A stretch of DNA of 64,000 nucleotides, taken from positions 41,812 through 105,811 of the forward strand of contig JACRMR010000020.1 in NCBI GenBank assembly GCA_016214895.1, in the 5' to 3' direction. Numbering within the stretch: position 1 is the stretch's first letter; each line of letters starts with the position of its first letter. Origin of the DNA: Candidatus Zhuqueibacterota bacterium. GTDB taxonomy: Bacteria > Electryoneota > RPQS01. A program made the position numbers and the translations under genes. The notes beneath the pieces are model-generated. The model was not told where the DNA came from. It worked only from the letters and a program-made list of their open reading frames with translations, and ran no database searches. Positions 20,746 through 29,898 of the stretch are shown in pieces.

Positions 20746-21621
20746 TCAGGCTTCAACGATCTCCGCGCTGGCCTGCACTGCAATGAAGTTACGCACGCGT
20801 TCGAGCAGCCAGTGCGGTGTGGATGCCGAGCCGGTTACGCCCACGGTGTCATCGGGACTGAACCAGCTCAGGTCGATTTCTTCTTCGGTAACGACGCTGT
20901 AGGAACGGTCATTGACCTCCTTGCACACGCCGTACAAGACTTTCGTGTTGGAACTCTTCGTTCCTCCCACCATCACCACCACATCAACTTCTCTGGCGAA
21001 TTGCATGAGGTCGTTGTCCCGGCCGACGACGAATCGGCACAAGGTGTTCTCGACCTGCACTTCCACCTTGCCGCAGCATGCCCGGATCCACTCAATTCGC
21101 TCCTGAAACCACTCCGCCGACACCGTGGTCTGACAGAGCACAAACGTCTTCCGCGCCGCATCGAGTTTCTTCACATCTTCGCGGTCATAGACCACGAAGG
21201 CCTGATTGTCGCAATGCCCGCGAATGCCGATGGTCTCGGGGTGAAATGGCTTGCCGATGATGACGACCTGCTCGCCGTTCAAGTAATGCGTGCGGGCGAT
21301 ATTCTGTGAGCGCGTCACCACCGGGCACGTGCCGTCAATCACCTCGACTCCGAGTTGCTTCGCCTTCTCATACGTTTCCGGTGGTTCGCCGTGTGCGCGG
21401 ATCAGAACCTTGCCGGGGACCGCGCCATTATCCGACAGCACGTCATGCTCGGCGCTGTGCAGCCCGAGGTCTTTCATCCGCGCGATTTCGACTTCGTTGT
21501 GGATGATGTCCCCCAACGAAATCAGTTCCTCGCCGGTGGTCTGCAGCTCTTTTTCGGCCATCTTGACGACCCGGCGCACGCCGCCGCAGAATCCGGCTCG
21601 CGGATCAATCAGGACCTTCAT
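20746..21621 (-). CDS. ispH: 4-hydroxy-3-methylbut-2-enyl diphosphate reductase
   Basis: Internal Met MKVLIDPRAGFCGGVRRVV (canonical IspH N-terminus); ATGA overlap with the dxs stop. Confidence 0.9.
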   Translation of the reverse strand: MKVLIDPRAGFCGGVRRVVKMAEKELQTTGEELISLGDIIHNEVEIARMKDLGLHSAEHDVLSDNGAVPGKVLIRAHGEPPETYEKAKQLGVEVIDGTCPVVTRSQNIARTHYLNGEQVVIIGKPFHPETIGIRGHCDNQAFVVYDREDVKKLDAARKTFVLCQTTVSAEWFQERIEWIRACCGKVEVQVENTLCRFVVGRDNDLMQFAREVDVVVMVGGTKSSNTKVLYGVCKEVNDRSYSVVTEEEIDLSWFSPDDTVGVTGSASTPHWLLERVRNFIAVQASAEIVEA

Positions 21622-23627
21622 CGTGCTCCGGATTCCTCGCCGTCTTCCGGCGCGCTGTGAATTCTGGTAATCAGCCTTCCGGCGGGTGTCGCCGCGTCCC
21701 CCCGCGCCTCGCCTTTCCATATCCGTCGAATCAACTCCGCGATCTGCTGGTCCGACAGGCCGCAAAGCTCAAGCAGTTGTTCGCGCGTCCCGTGCTCCAC
21801 GAAATTCTCGGGCAAGTGCACGGACTCGAATCGTTGCGGCCACCCGTGCAGCTTCATGAAAGTAGCCACGCGGGAACCGAGGCCACCGCCGCCGCAGTTC
21901 TCTTCGAGCGTCACGACTGCCTCGTGTTTGGCCAGCATGTCCGCGAGCAGCCGTTCATCGATCGGTTTTACAAAGCGGCAGTTCACGAGCGTAACATTAA
22001 GTTCGTCGTGGGCGATCGCCTGTCGCGCGATCTCGACCATCGTTCCCACCGCCAGCACCAGCACGCGTTTCCCTTCGCGCAAGACGTCCCAGCTGCCCAC
22101 GGGTATCGCCTGCGGCTCGCGATCCCAGTCGATCAGGTCGGGCGCTTTGTCGCGCGGATACCGAATCGCCATGGGACCGCCTTCCACGGTCAGACCCGTG
22201 CGCATCAGGTCGCGCAGCTCTTCGCCCGAGCGTGGCGCGGCCACGATCATATTTTGAATGCAGGACAGAAAGGCGAGATCCAGACAACCATGGTGCGTCG
22301 GTCCGTCTTCACCGACGAGGCCGCCGCGATCCAGACAGAATAGTACCGGAAGTTTCTGCAACGCGCAGTCGTGCACGATGTGGTCGAAGGCTCGTTGCAG
22401 GAAGGTGGAGTAGATCGCCGTCACCGGCCGCAGTCCCGCGGTGGCCATGCCGGCCGCAAACGTGACAGCGTGCCCTTCCGCGATCCCGACATCGAAGAAG
22501 TTATTCGGATGGGTGGTCGCGTACTTCACGAGGCCGGTCCCTTCCTTCATGGCGGCGGTTATCGCCACCACTTTGGGATTCCGCGTCGTCTCGCGGATCA
22601 TGGCCTCGCCGAAGATGTCCATATAGGCCATCCGCTGCACTTCCGGAGCGACGTCCGGTGCGGCTTCCGCCTTCGGCTCGATTTTGGCGGGCACGCCTTT
22701 GACCGCGTGATACTTGATCGGATCGGCTTCCGCGATATCGTAGCCCTTGCCCTTCATCGTCAACACATGCACGATCGCCGGGTGCTTATGCGCGGCCTTG
22801 ATGTTCTCCAGCACTTCAACCAGCTCGCGGACATTATGCCCGTCAAACGGCCCGAAATACTGGAAGCCCAGGTCCTCGAAGAGCATTCCCGGCGAAATCA
22901 GCGTCTTCAGCGACGCTTCCATTCGGCCCGCCATTTTCTGCAAGGAGCGCGCCGCGACCGGCGACTCGCCCAGCAGCTTCCAGACCTCATCCTTCACCTT
23001 GGAGAGTTTCGGGTTCGTCTCCATGCGCGCGAGGAATTTCGGCACCGCCCCGACATTCCGCGAGATCGACATCTTGTTGTCGTTGAGAATGACCGTGAAA
23101 TTCCGGCCAGACGGTCCGGCGTTATTCAGGGCTTCAAAAGCGAGTCCCCCGGTCAGCCCGCCGTCTCCGACAATCGCGACCACGTTATGGTCCTCACCGT
23201 TCAGGTCCCGCGCCACCGCCATGCCGTAGGCCGCGCTGATGGCGGTCGAGGCATGCCCGGCGCCGAACGCATCGTAGTCGCTCTCGTCGCGCTTCAGGAA
23301 ACCGGACAGCCCCTTATAGCGGCGAATCGTCTTGAGCAGCGCCCGCCGCCCGGTCAACATCTTGTGGATGTAACCCTGATGCCCGACGTCCCAGATTAAC
23401 TTATCCTGGGGGGTATCATACACACGATGCAGCGCAACCGTGAGTTCCACGACGCCCATCGACGCTGCCAGGTGGCCGCCGATGGAATTGATGGTGTCCC
23501 ACAGCTCCGTGCGCAGCTCGACACATAGTTGTTCCAGCTCCTCAAACGAGAGCGGTTTGAGATCCGCCGGTGAATTCACTCGCGCAATCACCGGCGCGAG
23601 TAAATCTTGCGAACGTGCTTTGTTCAA
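21618..23627 (-). CDS. dxs: 1-deoxy-D-xylulose-5-phosphate synthase
   Basis: WDVGHQGYIHKMLTGRR and GDGGLTGGLAFEALNNAG (TPP-binding) motifs; 669 aa; TTG start. Confidence 0.9.
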   Translation of the reverse strand: MNKARSQDLLAPVIARVNSPADLKPLSFEELEQLCVELRTELWDTINSIGGHLAASMGVVELTVALHRVYDTPQDKLIWDVGHQGYIHKMLTGRRALLKTIRRYKGLSGFLKRDESDYDAFGAGHASTAISAAYGMAVARDLNGEDHNVVAIVGDGGLTGGLAFEALNNAGPSGRNFTVILNDNKMSISRNVGAVPKFLARMETNPKLSKVKDEVWKLLGESPVAARSLQKMAGRMEASLKTLISPGMLFEDLGFQYFGPFDGHNVRELVEVLENIKAAHKHPAIVHVLTMKGKGYDIAEADPIKYHAVKGVPAKIEPKAEAAPDVAPEVQRMAYMDIFGEAMIRETTRNPKVVAITAAMKEGTGLVKYATTHPNNFFDVGIAEGHAVTFAAGMATAGLRPVTAIYSTFLQRAFDHIVHDCALQKLPVLFCLDRGGLVGEDGPTHHGCLDLAFLSCIQNMIVAAPRSGEELRDLMRTGLTVEGGPMAIRYPRDKAPDLIDWDREPQAIPVGSWDVLREGKRVLVLAVGTMVEIARQAIAHDELNVTLVNCRFVKPIDERLLADMLAKHEAVVTLEENCGGGGLGSRVATFMKLHGWPQRFESVHLPENFVEHGTREQLLELCGLSDQQIAELIRRIWKGEARGDAATPAGRLITRIHSAPEDGEESGAR

Positions 23628-25403
23628 CTACCCCACCTCCGGATTCTTCGCACGCGACGGAATCGAGCGCGGCATCATGCTACTCTTCGCTGGCTTTGGC
23701 TTCGTCGGCAGCTTTCCTTTCAATCGCCGCAAAGCCCAGAACAGGAAACCGCCTTCGAGGGCGACGAAGCCGAACATCTGCCAGGGCAGGCCAGGCGCGG
23801 AACCCGCGCCGTAGCTATGCAATCCGGACAGATAGTAATTTACACCATAATACGTCATGATGACGACCGGAAACGCGCCGACGGAATAGGCCGCCAGTCC
23901 GCGCCAGCCCAGCCATCCCGCGCTGCGCCCGTGCAGAAATACGATATAGACAAACCAGGTGATCAAGGCCCAGGTTTCCTTCGGATCCCAGCCCCAGAAT
24001 CGGCCCCAGCTCACGTTCGCCCACACGGCCCCGAGCAAAATGCCGGTGATGAGAAGCAGCGTGCCGACCTGAATGATCTTCAGGTTCGCCTTCGCCAACC
24101 CGGCCAGTTTCGGCGTGACCGCGCCGTGGGAGCGCACTCCCGCGATCAGCACTGCGTGGCCCAATCCCATGGCAATCGCGAAACAAGAGTAGCTCGAGAG
24201 CGTGATGATCACATGGTAGTTGAGCCAGTAACTCTGCAGCGCGGGCACGAGTTGGTTGATCCCGCGATCCAGACTGGCGAACTGCGCCACGCCGAGAATC
24301 AGCGCTCCCAGCCCGGAACCGACCAGCGCCAGCACGCGATCACGTTTGATGAGTTCGTAGATGATCGAGATCAGCACCGCGGCCCAGCCGATCGCCAGCA
24401 GCGATTCGTACATATTGGACCACGGCGCGCGGCCACTGATGTAAGCGCGCATCGCCAGGCCCGTAGTATAAAACAGCAGCCCGCCGATCATCCCGAGCAT
24501 GCCGCCCCACTTGAGCACCGCCCACGGTTCGCGGGCGAGACTGAACAAGAACAACACCAGCGCCAGCGCCAGCAGGATTTTCGCGACAGTGAACGGCCGG
24601 ATGTAATTGTAATTTGTCTCCCACGCGAGCTTCGACATCAGTCCGGGCTGCCCGTGCATCATGGCGGCTTGCGTATTGAGAAACACCATCACCGAGGTGT
24701 TGAACATGTCCGGACGGTTATCGCGCAGCGACGCGTACATGCCGGAGAAGGAAACGGCCAATGCTTGCAAGGTATCTTTCACGCCTGCCGGCTGCGGAGC
24801 CAGCAACGTGTCCTCGAATTGGCCCAGCACTGTCGGCATGGACAACCAGGTCGCCGTGGGCTCGCCGCCCTCTGTCGGTGCCATCAGCGGTAGATCATGA
24901 TTGAAGACCGCGGACAGCACGCTCATCCGGTTCAGCAGTTCATTCGCCTTGCCCTGTACAAAGGTTGGCTTGTCGCCCTTTTGGTCCGCCATCGCGCCAT
25001 CGCGGGCCAGTTGCATGAGTCCATTGTTTGACTGAAGCGCGACCAGCGAGAAGTGGTTCCCTCCGGTCTTCGGCAGCTTCATCTCGTCCCGCAGCGGACC
25101 TTTGGGAATGTAGAACAGCTTCTCGTTGGCCCAATAATCGCCGTCGGCCATCCATCGGAAGTAGGTCTCGGTCGGGTGTTGTCCCTTGTAACTCGCCTTT
25201 CCATAAACCATCGCGACCAGCTCGCGGGCAAAGGTATCCAGGGGTTTCACTCGACCGCTGGTTTGAGCGGTTATTTGACTGGCCATGTCCCAGTCGAAAC
25301 CAGCGCTAAGTTCGGCTCCGTCCGCGGCGCGCGCAGCAGCGGAGCTGAGCATCAGCAGGAGCAGCAGTATGTTGAGTCGGATAATCATCGAAGTCTTCCT
25401 CAT
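23628..25403 (-). CDS. ccsA: Cytochrome c biogenesis (system II) heme exporter CcsA/ResC with an extended N-terminal periplasmic domain
   Basis: WWD domain WGRFWGWDPKETWALITW; multiple TM helices; a large N-terminal soluble domain after the signal peptide. Confidence 0.8.
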   Translation of the reverse strand: MRKTSMIIRLNILLLLLMLSSAAARAADGAELSAGFDWDMASQITAQTSGRVKPLDTFARELVAMVYGKASYKGQHPTETYFRWMADGDYWANEKLFYIPKGPLRDEMKLPKTGGNHFSLVALQSNNGLMQLARDGAMADQKGDKPTFVQGKANELLNRMSVLSAVFNHDLPLMAPTEGGEPTATWLSMPTVLGQFEDTLLAPQPAGVKDTLQALAVSFSGMYASLRDNRPDMFNTSVMVFLNTQAAMMHGQPGLMSKLAWETNYNYIRPFTVAKILLALALVLFLFSLAREPWAVLKWGGMLGMIGGLLFYTTGLAMRAYISGRAPWSNMYESLLAIGWAAVLISIIYELIKRDRVLALVGSGLGALILGVAQFASLDRGINQLVPALQSYWLNYHVIITLSSYSCFAIAMGLGHAVLIAGVRSHGAVTPKLAGLAKANLKIIQVGTLLLITGILLGAVWANVSWGRFWGWDPKETWALITWFVYIVFLHGRSAGWLGWRGLAAYSVGAFPVVIMTYYGVNYYLSGLHSYGAGSAPGLPWQMFGFVALEGGFLFWALRRLKGKLPTKPKPAKSSMMPRSIPSRAKNPEVG

Positions 25404-26455
25404 CCGTTAGCCGGTTGTGGCACTCTTTCTCCGGTCTCCGCGGTCATCTCCGTGTCCTCGGCAAGTTTGAACTCGCGTCGCACCGGTTTCGGCGGAAATT
25501 TCTGTTTGAGCCACGGCTTGACAAAGAAGATTCCGGCCATGCTCAGAATCAGCAGGATGCCTCCCACGTACATAAACGGGATGCCCGGATCATAGGACAC
25601 TCCAAGCACGGTAGCCTGGCGTCCGTCCTTCAAGTCAATCCACGACGCCTGGCTGATTTTGTAATCCTTGTACACCAGCGGGTGATTCAACATCACCGTC
25701 CATTTTACCGTATCCTGTTCGCCTTGCTCCCAGGCCTTGACGTCGGAGCGGAAGATCCTTGTCATACCGGAGCCGGGATACATGATCTGCTCGAACTGGT
25801 CGCACCAGACCGCGAATGGCAGCTCGACTTCCTGTCCCATGAGCATGTCGAGCTTTTCCCGGTCGAGTTCTTCGAGGAAGAACGAGGTCGAGAAATCGCC
25901 TTCCGGCACGACCATCTGGCCCTGCATGCCGAAGCGGTGCGTAATGATCGACCCTGCCATCAGAATCAGCAGTGCGACATGCGTGGACAACCAGAACACC
26001 TGATGCGGCCGGTAAGGCGCGCGGCGCAACGTACAGCCGATCAGATTGATCGCCAACAGCACAATCAGCGAATCGAACCACCACGTGCGATAGATAACGA
26101 TGCGCGCGGCGCCGTTGCTCAGCACCGTTTCAATGTAAGTCCCGTACGCCATCGCGCTGGCGAGGGCGAGCAGCAGAACGATGGTGAGCTTGACGGACGA
26201 AAAGAACAACCAGAGCTTATCGACCGCGAGGTCGAACCCAAAAAGCGCAGCGGTTGACTCATCTTCTCGCTCGATCGTATGCTTGTCCCGTCTCGGAAGT
26301 GCGGCCAAGGCGATCAAGGCAAACAGACCGAATAGAACTCCCAAGAAGAACCACGTAAGTGGACCGCGCTTCTTCTCTCGCGCAACATACGCACAGAAAA
26401 AGCCGCCTATCGATGCCCAGGCGAAGAATATCCCTATCCACATTCCCCACGTCAT
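25400..26455 (-). CDS. ccsB: Cytochrome c biogenesis protein ResB/Ccs1-like
   Basis: ResB-like TM1 region FSSVKLTIVLLLALA, periplasmic domain, C-terminal TM; 4-nt overlap with ccsA. The true start is uncertain. Confidence 0.5.
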   Translation of the reverse strand: MTWGMWIGIFFAWASIGGFFCAYVAREKKRGPLTWFFLGVLFGLFALIALAALPRRDKHTIEREDESTAALFGFDLAVDKLWLFFSSVKLTIVLLLALASAMAYGTYIETVLSNGAARIVIYRTWWFDSLIVLLAINLIGCTLRRAPYRPHQVFWLSTHVALLILMAGSIITHRFGMQGQMVVPEGDFSTSFFLEELDREKLDMLMGQEVELPFAVWCDQFEQIMYPGSGMTRIFRSDVKAWEQGEQDTVKWTVMLNHPLVYKDYKISQASWIDLKDGRQATVLGVSYDPGIPFMYVGGILLILSMAGIFFVKPWLKQKFPPKPVRREFKLAEDTEMTAETGERVPQPANG

Positions 26456-26479
26456 GCTCTGGCCCTCGGCAGTTTGTGC

Positions 26480-26767
26480 TTACTCAAATACGACTTCCCG
26501 CAATCCGGGGATTCGTTCCTGAATCATCAGGCGCAGACCACCTTCCATGCTTTCCAGGGCGCCGCCGCAGCCTTCGCAGCCGCCGCCGAACGCGATCCGG
26601 GCGACGCCGTCGCGGACGCAGACGGCCTTCGCATCGCCGCCCTCTTCCATGAAGATCGGACGCAGCGAGTCAATCAGTTTGTCGAGCGCTTCAAACTGCG
26701 CGCGCTCGTCGTCATTCGTGAACGGCTCGGTGCCGCCCTTATTGAAGGTTGTCAGATTAATGGTCAT
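26480..26767 (-). CDS. nfuA: NifU/Nfu-type Fe-S cluster scaffold domain protein
   Basis: Internal Met MTINL.... GGGCEGCGG (CxxC) motif of the Nfu C-terminal domain. Confidence 0.7.
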   Translation of the reverse strand: MTINLTTFNKGGTEPFTNDDERAQFEALDKLIDSLRPIFMEEGGDAKAVCVRDGVARIAFGGGCEGCGGALESMEGGLRLMIQERIPGLREVVFE

Positions 26768-26840
26768 CTTGTGTCTGCTCGTTTCCCCCAATTTGTGGGG
26801 GGACCAAGGGGGGGTGAATTCAGCGTTTCAGTGTCTGCTC

Positions 26841-27551
26841 TTACTGTCCCCGTGTTTCCTTGAACTTCCGCCGCGGTACGCCTTCCAGCGTTTTCGCGCG
26901 CTTCGCCGCCGGGTGTTCACCCGCCGGCTTGCGATACGCGCGTTTCGGCGGCGCTTCGTCGAACGAGCGCGGTGCGCGGCGCGCGGGCCGCTCGTCTCCT
27001 TCGTTCCGCCACTCGTCCGCACTCGGACGCTGCTTGCGACCGGCGTTGGTAATCAATTCTTCGTCGCGGAAGAAGTCCCACAGCTTGTGCAGCATATCCA
27101 TCTTGCTCAGCGGCTCGCTGCCGACAATTTCCGCGACCTTGCCGGTTGCGGTAAAGGTTTCGTCGTCGTATCGCGGTGGACGGAAGTCCTTGTGTTCGCC
27201 GAAATCGCGCTTCGGAGGGCCGTATTCGCGCGCGGGGCGGTCGAACGGCCGCTTTTCACCGTACGGCTTGCGGAACGGCCGGTCACCGCCACCTTCACGA
27301 CTTGCAAACGGCTTGCGGTAGGGGCGGTCGCCGCCTTCGGCAGCACCTTCGCGCTTGACATACGGCTTGCGATACGGGCGGTCACCGCCGGCTTCGCCCG
27401 CTGCAAACGGTTTGCGGTACGGCCGGTCGCCGCCGCTCTCGAACGAACCTTCGCGTTTGGCGTACGGCTTGCGTGCCGGACCGCCGGGTTTGAATCCCCC
27501 ACTCTTGGGACGGCTGTCGCTGCGCGGCGGCTTGGAGTAATCTCGGGGCAT
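26841..27551 (-). CDS. Highly basic Pro/Arg/Lys-rich protein with four ~16-aa GDRPYRKPF repeats and a SWIB/MDM2-like domain (putative nucleoid-associated protein)
   Basis: Repeats GGDRPYRKPFAAGEAG / GDRPYRKPYVKREG / GDRPYRKPFASREG / GDRPFRKPYGEKRP. Central segment TGKVAEIVGSEPLSKMDMLHKLWDFFRDEELITNAGRKQ matches the SWIB consensus (LS..L..IVG...M.R.EV.KKLW.YIK...LQ...N.R). Confidence 0.5.
   Translation of the reverse strand: MPRDYSKPPRSDSRPKSGGFKPGGPARKPYAKREGSFESGGDRPYRKPFAAGEAGGDRPYRKPYVKREGAAEGGDRPYRKPFASREGGGDRPFRKPYGEKRPFDRPAREYGPPKRDFGEHKDFRPPRYDDETFTATGKVAEIVGSEPLSKMDMLHKLWDFFRDEELITNAGRKQRPSADEWRNEGDERPARRAPRSFDEAPPKRAYRKPAGEHPAAKRAKTLEGVPRRKFKETRGQ
27236..27431 (-). repeat. Intragenic tandem repeat of about 48 nt x4 encoding the GDRPYRKPF units
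   Basis: Derived from amino-acid offsets 41-105 of the 26841..27551 protein; near-identical DNA units are visible (ggcgaccgccc(g/t)taccgcaagccgt...). Confidence 0.5.
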
Positions 27552-27604
27552 GGCCCTATCTTTCTTGGTCGGTTAATTTAGAAGTGATCAAGAATATCGC
27601 GCAG

Positions 27605-27940
27605 CTAATTGTTGGCGAGGTTTCCGGTTCGCTTCGTGGTATTTCGTTCGAATAATATGATGTGCGTTTCAACGTCCGCCACGGGGCAATGTTCGACGCC
27701 GTGCGGCACGACAATCAGCTCCCCCGGATTCAAGATCACGTCCCCGTCCCGGAATTGCATCTTGAGTTGCCCCTTCACGACATAGAAGAGTTCATCTTCT
27801 TCCGCGTGAAAGTGCCAGACAAACGGCCCCTTGAGCTTCACGCACTTGACCTGAAATTCATTCACCTCCGCCACAACTTGCGGCGACTCAAACTCCGTGA
27901 TTTGGGCGAAGGCGGAGGGGATGGTAACTTTAGAGCGCAT
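27605..27940 (-). CDS. Cupin-2 domain protein
   Basis: Conserved cupin motifs WHFHAEEDELFYVVKG ... PHGVEHCP. Confidence 0.7.
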   Translation of the reverse strand: MRSKVTIPSAFAQITEFESPQVVAEVNEFQVKCVKLKGPFVWHFHAEEDELFYVVKGQLKMQFRDGDVILNPGELIVVPHGVEHCPVADVETHIILFERNTTKRTGNLANN

Positions 27941-28002
27941 TAGAACATCCCCTCAAGCTCATTCTGCAGTCCACGTTTCCACATGAGACACACACGAGGA
28001 AT

Positions 28003-28869
28003 CTACTCTGTGTCGCTATCCTCGGGCTTTCCCTTCGATACGTCTTTGGTCCCGTCAATCTTCTCAAAACCGCGTTTCGTGTGCTTCAGGTGCTTCTTTA
28101 CATCACGAATGTCTCCGTGTTTGGGAAGATCCTCCGGAGCGATCCCTGTATTTCGAATCATAGCTCTCCGAACCTCTTTTCCAACCGCGAGGTGGGCGTC
28201 ATTTAGATGACGCGGTCCTCGAATGTTCTGAGTATTGATCTTCAGCTCGACCTGCGACTCACGAAACAAATTCGCAGCCAATTCTTGCCTACCCATAAAA
28301 TCCAAAGGAGAACGATCACTCGGAATCAAGCGTATCTCACGAAGTCGAGAAAGATTCATGTTATACATTCCACGATATCCCGCGTTCTTGAAGAACGCAA
28401 AGTCCTTGCTTTCGTTGATACCTGCACTGCGGACAACAGCTTCAAGAGAATTTTCACGTTGTGTAATATCGTCTCGCATCTCCACTCGCTGAACTGCTTC
28501 TGCATCGAGCCAAATCTGGTGGACAGTGGCGGCCAAGCCAGCAAGATATGTCTGAACCAGAGCTACGGCCGGCCGCTCAGGATCGGCGTTCATTGCTGTC
28601 AAAAAACAGGCAAACCGATCCATCTTGAAGTCATCGCAGCGCTCCCCGTCAATGTCCCGCGGGCACGACCTAAAGAAATCAAAGGAGGGCATCCCAAGCG
28701 TTGTCGGCACTACCATCGCACGGCTAATGACCTTGCTCGCAAACGTCCGGTAATCAGCATAACCGAAAAACGACATAACGTCGCGCGCATACCAATAACG
28801 CTTGCCATCTTCATCGAATCCGAGGCTCTCAAAAGAAGAGAAATCAGATCCAGAGAGTTCAGTGTCCAT
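28003..28869 (-). CDS. DinD-like (DNA-damage-inducible protein D family, Bro-N-like N-terminus) protein in a low-GC islet
   Basis: Motif RYWYARDVMSFFGYADYRTF parallels E. coli DinD EFWSARDLAPLLGYRDWRNF, and RFACFLTAMNADPERPAVALVQTY parallels RYACYLVVQNGDPAKPVIAAGQTY. The E. coli sequence is recalled from memory, not searched. Local GC about 45-48%. Confidence 0.5.
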   Translation of the reverse strand: MDTELSGSDFSSFESLGFDEDGKRYWYARDVMSFFGYADYRTFASKVISRAMVVPTTLGMPSFDFFRSCPRDIDGERCDDFKMDRFACFLTAMNADPERPAVALVQTYLAGLAATVHQIWLDAEAVQRVEMRDDITQRENSLEAVVRSAGINESKDFAFFKNAGYRGMYNMNLSRLREIRLIPSDRSPLDFMGRQELAANLFRESQVELKINTQNIRGPRHLNDAHLAVGKEVRRAMIRNTGIAPEDLPKHGDIRDVKKHLKHTKRGFEKIDGTKDVSKGKPEDSDTE

Positions 28870-28920
28870 TATGATCTCCCAATTGTCGTCCGTTGTAATA
28901 GCGTACTTCGTCCAAACATC

Positions 28921-29883
28921 TCATAAACCCTGGGACGTCTGCCGCAACTGCTGGACTAAATGCGCGAACTTGTGCAAGAAGGCTTTCGGCTCGTCCTCTA
29001 TGCCCTGCGGATTGAAGTGCATTACGTCATTTCTGACTTTGTTGACTTTCTCTAGGTCCGCTATAAAGCCTTCCCTGTCGACTTTGAGACTGACTTTCGC
29101 CCAACGACCGGGTTCCTGAAGCAATCTTACGTACTCGCCAAAGTTCATGCGATGAATACCTGAAATCTCACGGGCACCGTCCTCCGGATTCTTGGCAGCG
29201 TCGAGTTCTGGCTGACTGAACTTCCCGTGAATCAACGCCCGAATATGATTCTCAATCTCACTGATAAGCAAGAATGGTTCTCCCAGCCGATGAAACTCAT
29301 TTGCCAAGTCCGATGTCGTGATAATACCAGAAATCACATTCTTGTTGTCACGAACAAGAACACACTCATACCTAATCACTATTCCGACGGCATCGAAGAT
29401 AGTCTCATTGTCACTAATTTCGTGGTGCGGTTCCATAAAATGTCGCGCCTCGCTTCCGGGAATACTGAGCGCATAGCGTTGACCTACGCCACGCCAAGTA
29501 ACCATTCCCTTCGCCTCGTGCGGGCTGGTCATCACTGGCAATTGGGAGAAATCATTATGTATCATGAGTCTCACAACCTCGCCTATCGGACTATTGGGCG
29601 TCACACTTACGGGCTTGTTCCGCGCCGGACCCAACATACAAATGCGTAACGTGGGATCAAACGGCGCACTTGCCGAAACAAACGCTACTGGAGCATCAAT
29701 GTGAGTAAGAGTGAAATCGGGCACCGTCCAAATGCACAACCCTTCAAGTGCACGAACTATGTCTGCGGTATTGCCATCGCTGCGCCTGTAATAACCAAAC
29801 CAAGACAACAAATCACGGACGGTGTACTCGGGTCTAAGCCCGTTACGAACCTGTTCCGCCACTTCCTTGAGCTTATCGGACAT
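28921..29883 (-). CDS. CBS-pair domain protein with a C-terminal helical HEPN-like region (Rx4H motif); hypothetical sensor-effector
   Basis: Two CBS-like units (VSVTPNSPIGEVVRLMIHNDFSQLPVM; TIFDAVGIVIRYECVLVRDNKNVISGIITTSDL). C-terminus ...LEKVNKVRNDVMHFNPQG holds an RNDVMH (R-x4-H) motif. GAGAGG RBS 5 nt upstream; 15 nt downstream of the ispG stop. Confidence 0.4.
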   Translation of the reverse strand: MSDKLKEVAEQVRNGLRPEYTVRDLLSWFGYYRRSDGNTADIVRALEGLCIWTVPDFTLTHIDAPVAFVSASAPFDPTLRICMLGPARNKPVSVTPNSPIGEVVRLMIHNDFSQLPVMTSPHEAKGMVTWRGVGQRYALSIPGSEARHFMEPHHEISDNETIFDAVGIVIRYECVLVRDNKNVISGIITTSDLANEFHRLGEPFLLISEIENHIRALIHGKFSQPELDAAKNPEDGAREISGIHRMNFGEYVRLLQEPGRWAKVSLKVDREGFIADLEKVNKVRNDVMHFNPQGIEDEPKAFLHKFAHLVQQLRQTSQGL

Positions 29884-29898
29884 GGATGCCTCTCATTC

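Noticed and set aside
23628-26455. Frameshifted or fused resB-ccsA (pseudogene?) suggested by the short ResB-like ORF (351 aa) and long CcsA (591 aa)
   Set aside because: Both ORFs are intact with a 4-nt start/stop overlap typical of translational coupling. CcsBA-type domain redistribution is known, and I cannot identify a frameshift from sequence alone, so I did not call a pseudogene.
27950-29898. Prophage or integrative element call for the low-GC islet
   Set aside because: There are only two genes and no integrase, tRNA, direct repeats or phage structural genes, so I report it as a compositional islet rather than a mobile element.
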